The notes under the pieces are model-generated. The model had not been told where the DNA came from and did no database searches. It saw nothing but the letters and a program-made list of their open reading frames with translations. The position numbers were made by a program, and so were the translations under genes. 64,000 bases of DNA from Isurus oxyrinchus. Taxonomy: Eukaryota. The stretch lies in contig JANJGN010000034.1 of NCBI GenBank assembly GCA_026770705.1, positions 7,006,001-7,070,000 of the forward strand, given 5' to 3'. Position 1 is the stretch's first letter. Every line of letters starts with the position of its first letter. Below are positions 61,201 through 64,000 of this stretch, in pieces.

Positions 61201-63943
61201 CGAAATTTCCGAGTGAAATACAAATGCGGAAGTGTGCTTTTTTGGGATAGTGAATATTTTGTACGCACAACATATGCGAAAATGTATGAGGCACCAATGG
61301 GAATGGGTTCAGTAGTTTCTTGCCACTACACTCCAGCAAGTAATTAGCTCATGATTTGATTTCGTTAGCCCAGAGTATGTCAGTGGAAAAATGCTGGAAT
61401 CCATTATTAAGTAACTAGTAGCAGCGTATCCACAACATTACAATCCATTCAAGTGGAAGCACCATTTTTTCTCTCAAAAGGAAATCGTGTTTATTAAATC
61501 AATTAGTGTTCTTGTCGTATGTAACAAGCAGGGTTTGCAAATGGAATCCAGGCGCGTCCTTGCTAAAAAAACAACGCATCCATTAAGGTGCCATATGAAA
61601 TGTAACAATAAATAATAATAGTTTATTGTGCTGTGCATAATGTAGTACCATGTTCAGGAGATTGGTAACCTAACAGGAAACAGAGAATCTGGATAAACGT
61701 TTCATTTTCTGATTGGAAAATTTTAACTGGTGAGATCAATAATAGACCTTCAACTATTAACAATATATATTAAACTTTGGAAAGAAGAGGTCGAGTGCAT
61801 TGTTCCCAAAGTTGCTGGCGTTTGCAAAGGTGGGAAAGGAATCAATTTGCGGAGACTACACTTCTGGTCTGAAAATCAGTGAAGATAGTTTAAGTGAATA
61901 ATCATAAAGAATAGCAGATGGAACGTGATGATGGAAAATGTGAGTTTGTTCAGAATGAAAACAGGAGCAGATTGTTAATGATTCGGAAAATATCAGAATA
62001 CAGCATGCTGAAAGATTGGTGTGTCTTTGTATATGAATCACAAATGAATATAGCATGAATGTAAAGCACGAGGTTTGGCAGGAAAGCAGACTTTTGAGCT
62101 TTACTGAACAGGAGAGGGCGCTTAAGAGAAAGGAATTGTTTTTTCCCAATATCCAGTGTGGGACCTCATCTGGTGTATTGCAAACGGCTGCCATTCCTTA
62201 AGTTGACGAGCGATTGAGGTGGGGGTGTGGAGTAGGGTGAGAAGTTGTTGAATATGCATGCATTGGAGACACTTAGTGAATGTCCAATCAGTTGACTTAG
62301 AGGATTTACTCTGACCAGTGAAGTTGGAGAAGTTTGCTCCTACATTCATTTCGGCTTAGCAGAATTAGTGGTGATCTTACCGAAGCATATATGATTCTGA
62401 GAGGGCAGATGGAAATATATTTGATCCTCCTGAAGGGTAATCAAAAGCTAGCAGATACAGTTTCAAAATAAGGCATCTTCCAGTTATGAGAGAGTTTTTC
62501 CTTCACTGAATCGTTAATATTGCAAGTCACTACTGCAGTGGACGGTGTAGGCTGTTTCATCGAATATTTTATAAGACTGCATCTTAACCTACGAGGCAAT
62601 TAATTCTTATGGGGATGGTAATGATATAAAAACAAAAAAAGAACTGCTGAAGTTGGAATCAGAAATGAAACAGAAAATGCTGGTAAAACATAGCCGTTCT
62701 GGCAACATCTGTGTAGAGAGAAAGGGGGATTAACTTTTCGAGTCCATACGGCGCTTCTTCACAGCTGGTTGTGGAGTTAAGGCAGGGAAGAGGATTTAAG
62801 GCACGACCAGATTAGTTATATTCTCGTGGAGTAGAGGGGAAGGTTAGACGGGATAATTGGCCGACTTCTGTTATCTATTCTTATGTTTTGGCGTTGTCAT
62901 TTGGCGAAATCACTATTTCTCCTTTTTCAAAACTGCACATAGCCAAAGTCTGTAACAGCTCCATTAGATTGAGAATTAAAATATCCTGTTGTATTCACAA
63001 AAATCTCAGAGATTTACTGATTCGGCCAGACTGCTGAACACACTGTTTTCTTTTGGGGAGAAAAGCATAGTAAATGAAGGGTAAAAACCTTAAACTTTAC
63101 TCTCATTTGGATATCAATAACTGGAGCAACCAGTCAATGATCAGCAGTAAACGGAAGAGAGAGTTTTTCACTTTGCCATCGGATGTCTGATACCGAATTG
63201 CGGATCGTTTTTTTTACGTTCAGTGACATTCTACATCTTGTAACTTTTCTATTGCTTATATTGCTTTACCGATTCACAGAAAATGTAAAGAAGGGTAAGT
63301 ATAAGTAAGTTACAGAAAATCTACTTGTAAAGCAAAATAAATAAGTTGCCCTAAAAATTCATCACTGGTGCAATCGGCCCAATATCCCGTCAAGTATGCT
63401 GCTTTTGTCGAAGATAGAGTTAATTCCCTTTTTTCACGTCCTTCTGTGACATCACCCTTCCCCATCTGTGTAACCTTCCACAGCTAAAAATGCATTTTTA
63501 ATCTACCTAATTTGCTTCCGTAGTTTCTGATTTAGTACTTTTCCAGTCCCCACATCTACACGCTTAAGACATTCCCTAAAAACTGTCCCTCAGAGTGGTC
63601 AGCCTTGATACCTTTTATAATATCTCTCAACCTGTTCGTTGTGGTTCTGTTACTATTTCTTCCATATCCATGAATGTTTCTGCCTTCTTTGTCATTGTCT
63701 GTTTAGTATAAGTATATTAACCTCTTCAGCCTAATCCAAAAAAAAGCTCATATCGCATGAAGCTCCCCAGGGGACATTGGAGTGGAATGAACATGAGCCA
63801 GGATGTGACCACTTCGAAAAGCGCACCTTTTTAAGAGAACCTGGAAGGCTGATTAAGCGCACACCTGATAGGCTTTGATGCTCATATTGCTTCTCTCTGC
63901 ATTCCAGAGCTAGGCATCTGCCAAGATACCATAAAAGATTTAG
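3791..63943 (+). CDS. Internal part of a microexon-encoded long coiled-coil protein gene (37 visible exons, ~376 codons; start and stop outside the window)
   Basis: Every exon is bounded by AG/GT, has a length divisible by 3 and is phase 1-1. The joined frame has no stop, with 3-4 hydrophobic spacing and a recurrent C-[QK]-x-x-[LVI]-K-[DN] motif. Exon length is invariant across array copies while introns carry indels. Confidence 0.85.
4417..4452 (+). CDS. 36-nt microexon, ELGTCQDTIKDL
   Basis: tttctctccgcattccag|AGCTAGGCACCTGCCAAGATACCATAAAGGATTTAG|gtgagc. Confidence 0.85.
5414..5428 (+). CDS. 15-nt microexon, DKIKK
   Basis: ttcttgatttgtttcacag|ATAAAATAAAAAAAG|gtaagt. Confidence 0.7.
5900..6960 (+). 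mobile_element. Degenerate RTE-clade LINE 3' fragment (one per array unit)
   Basis: Across units the frames read ..ADDA.., ACTAFGQLRK..F....TK..KLM.., IPTLLYGA.TW.TYRRHLK, QLRW.GH.VRLSD.RL.KQVLF, GGQRK.F.DVLK; stops and frameshifts in every unit. Confidence 0.8.
7390..8240 (-). mobile_element. Degenerate CR1 LINE 3' fragment (one per array unit)
   Basis: Reverse strand reads I.DLDLSVQGKISKFSD, NC.ED....Q.DADGLVEW, then the decayed CR1 ORF2 C-terminus. Confidence 0.8.
8295..8330 (+). CDS. Unit 1 exon D (36 nt), EQSNCQQAVKDL
   Basis: ttatgaattacag|...GACCTAG|gtgagc; conserved in all 7 units. Confidence 0.85.
8754..8780 (+). CDS. Unit 1 exon A (27 nt), EQKLTAKEK
   Basis: cccgaacag|...GAAAAAG|gtacct; ACC versus ACT synonymous difference to other units. 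Confidence 0.75.
10379..10414 (+). CDS. Unit 1 exon B (36 nt), EILTCQESLKDS
   Basis: ctcacatctcactattctag|AGATTCTAACGTGCCAAGAGTCTTTAAAGGATTCAG|gtgtga. Confidence 0.8.
11410..11436 (+). CDS. Unit 1 exon C (27 nt), EKKLEGKVK
   Basis: gtttgacag|...GTAAAAG|gtaggc. Confidence 0.8.
15188..15223 (+). CDS. Unit 2 exon D, EQSNCQQAVKDL
   Basis: attacag|36 nt|gtgagc. Confidence 0.85.
15653..15679 (+). CDS. Unit 2 exon A, EEKLTAKEE
   Basis: gaacag|27 nt|gtacct. Confidence 0.75.
17293..17328 (+). CDS. Unit 2 exon B, EILTCQESLKDS
   Basis: ttctag|36 nt|gtggga. Confidence 0.8.
18211..18237 (+). CDS. Unit 2 exon C, EKKLEGKEK
   Basis: ccttgacag|27 nt|gtaggc. Confidence 0.8.
22008..22043 (+). CDS. Unit 3 exon D, ELSDCKQAVKDL
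   Basis: attacag|36 nt|gtgagc. Confidence 0.85.
22468..22494 (+). CDS. Unit 3 exon A, EEKLTAKEK
   Basis: gaacag|27 nt|gtacct. Confidence 0.75.
24083..24118 (+). CDS. Unit 3 exon B, EILTCQESLKDS
   Basis: ttctag|36 nt|gtggga. Confidence 0.8.
25122..25148 (+). CDS. Unit 3 exon C, ETKLEGKEK
   Basis: tttgacag|27 nt|gtaggc. Confidence 0.8.
28919..28954 (+). CDS. Unit 4 exon D, EQSSCQQAVKDL
   Basis: attacag|36 nt|gtgagc; GAT versus GAC synonymous. Confidence 0.85.
29382..29408 (+). CDS. Unit 4 exon A, EQKLTAKEE
   Basis: gaacag|27 nt|gtacct. Confidence 0.75.
31009..31197. other. Assembly gap (189 N)
   Basis: Run of N. Confidence 1.
31514..32223 (+). mobile_element. Penelope-like element 3' fragment, same family as 843-2552
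   Basis: Encodes ..SEAQRKLEEQHLIFRLGTLQPSGLNIEFNKFRS* and matches the reverse complement of ~843-1505. Confidence 0.92.
32622..32657 (+). CDS. Unit 4 exon B (second copy), EILTCQESLKDS
   Basis: ttctag|36 nt|gtggga. Confidence 0.8.
33647..33673 (+). CDS. Unit 4 exon C, ETKLEGQEK
   Basis: ccttgacag|27 nt|gtaggc. Confidence 0.8.
37350..37385 (+). CDS. Unit 5 exon D, ELSVCQQAGKVL
   Basis: attacag|36 nt|gtaagt. Confidence 0.85.
37809..37835 (+). CDS. Unit 5 exon A, EETLTAKGK
   Basis: gaacag|27 nt|gtacct. Confidence 0.75.
39453..39488 (+). CDS. Unit 5 exon B, DILTCQESLKNS
   Basis: ttctag|36 nt|gtggga; ACA versus ACG synonymous, E>D and D>N conservative. Confidence 0.8.
40499..40525 (+). CDS. 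Unit 5 exon C, EKKLEGKGK
   Basis: ccttgacag|27 nt|gtaggc. Confidence 0.8.
44291..44326 (+). CDS. Unit 6 exon D, ELSDFQQAVKDL
   Basis: attacag|36 nt|gtgagc. Confidence 0.85.
44752..44778 (+). CDS. Unit 6 exon A, EEKLTAKEK
   Basis: gaacag|27 nt|gtacct. Confidence 0.75.
46425..46460 (+). CDS. Unit 6 exon B, EILTCQESLKDS
   Basis: ttctag|36 nt|gtggga. Confidence 0.8.
47450..47476 (+). CDS. Unit 6 exon C, ETKLEDKEK
   Basis: ccttgacag|27 nt|gttggc (weaker donor). Confidence 0.7.
51206..51241 (+). CDS. Unit 7 exon D, ELSICQQTGKDL
   Basis: attacag|36 nt|gtgagt; CTC versus CTA synonymous. Confidence 0.85.
   Translation, partial: SSASVNKLEKT
51664..51690 (+). CDS. Unit 7 exon A, EETLTAKEK
   Basis: gaacag|27 nt|gtacct. 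Confidence 0.75.
53330..53365 (+). CDS. Unit 7 exon B, EILTCKESLKDS
   Basis: ttctag|36 nt|gtggga. Confidence 0.8.
54334..54360 (+). CDS. Unit 7 exon C, EKKLEDKEK
   Basis: ccttgacag|27 nt|gtaggc; TTG versus CTG synonymous. Confidence 0.8.
55578..55604 (+). CDS. 27-nt microexon, ECNDFLQKC
   Basis: ttttctttctatcttag|AATGCAATGACTTTCTGCAGAAGTGCA|gtgagt; strong splice signals, single copy. Confidence 0.65.
55850..56130 (+). mobile_element. Degenerate tRNA-headed SINE, Deu-domain/SacSINE1-like
   Basis: gtcagaaggttgcgaattcaagtcc (B-box-like) followed by gctgacac..gtgcag..aaacgaggcc.gtctgc.ctca..tggacgtaaa.ga.cc; recognised from memory of the family. Confidence 0.6.
56230..57040 (+). mobile_element. 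Degenerate CR1 LINE 3' fragment
   Basis: Decayed ..WQM...AEKC...F.GKNE.RQ.K.. and downstream CR1-like sequence. Confidence 0.65.
57043..57293. repeat. Compound microsatellite, (CT)n followed by (GGAT/GGAC/AGAT)n
   Basis: Seen directly. Confidence 0.9.
57440..57930 (+). mobile_element. Degenerate CR1 LINE fragment
   Basis: ggattcttgggcttaataagtggaggcattcagcacaaaagtaga resembles GILGFI.RGI.YKS. Confidence 0.55.
57961..57999 (+). CDS. 39-nt microexon, (R/G)LIRNCQNSLKDL
   Basis: ttttccattttgtgcaag|...AAAGATTTAG|gtgagg; carries the CQxxLKDL motif; the AAG acceptor is less common so the 5' boundary is uncertain. Confidence 0.65.
58189..58228. repeat. (AT)n microsatellite
   Basis: Seen directly. 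Confidence 0.9.
58626..58652 (+). CDS. 27-nt microexon, EEKYKVNEQ
   Basis: ttacttttctctttaacag|AAGAAAAATATAAAGTAAACGAGCAAG|gtgaac; resembles the A/C exon class. Confidence 0.65.
59350..60720 (-). mobile_element. Degenerate L2-clade LINE ORF2 fragment
   Basis: Reverse strand reads SETFDTVD (AAFDTVDH), FHMHADDTHIY (FHMYADDTQLY) and AETLL*AFIISRFDCCN. Confidence 0.8.
61084..61119 (+). CDS. 36-nt microexon, ELQDCQDILKNF
   Basis: tttcttttctattgacttcgcag|AGCTACAGGATTGTCAAGATATTCTGAAAAATTTCG|gtgaat. Confidence 0.8.
63280..63294 (+). CDS. 15-nt microexon, ENVKK
   Basis: gattcacag|AAAATGTAAAGAAGG|gtaagt; paralog of 3791. Confidence 0.75.
63908..63943 (+). CDS. 36-nt microexon, ELGICQDTIKDL
   Basis: gcattccag|36 nt|gtgagc; paralog of 4417 with synonymous AAG>AAA. 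Confidence 0.85.
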
Positions 63944-64000
63944 GTGAGCCAATCACTTTTGATGCCTGCTGAATTTACCGACCATTTGCTTTACTCTTAA

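Larger units (their letters stand above)
61360..64000. repeat. Segmental duplicate, copy 2 (empty site for the Penelope insertion; runs off the window end)
   Basis: Colinear with 120-842 plus 2605-4510. Confidence 0.95.

Overview
Eukaryotic, transposon-rich DNA. The Penelope-like, CR1, RTE, L2 and Deu-domain SINE content suggests a cartilaginous fish such as a shark (inference). None of the supplied ORFs is a real host gene: they are retroelement remnants or chance frames. The window is dominated by a tandem array of seven ~6.8-6.9 kb units (~5655-55487; unit 4 is longer and rearranged), and the left flank (~120-4510) recurs, diverged, at ~61360-64000. The main hidden signal is a + strand spliced gene built entirely of tiny symmetric phase-1 microexons of 15, 27, 36 or 39 nt, each bounded by AG and GT. 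I can read 37 of them, and one more is predicted inside the N gap. Each 6.9 kb unit carries four exons (36+27+36+27 nt = 42 codons = 6 heptads; consensus ELSDCQQAVKDL-EEKLTAKEK-EILTCQESLKDS-EKKLEGKEK). Spliced together they give ~376 stop-free codons of a cysteine-spaced coiled coil. The start and stop of the gene lie outside the window. The architecture recalls the heptad microexon tails of butyrophilin/BG-family genes, but identity is unproven. All exon calls are by-eye predictions without transcript data.
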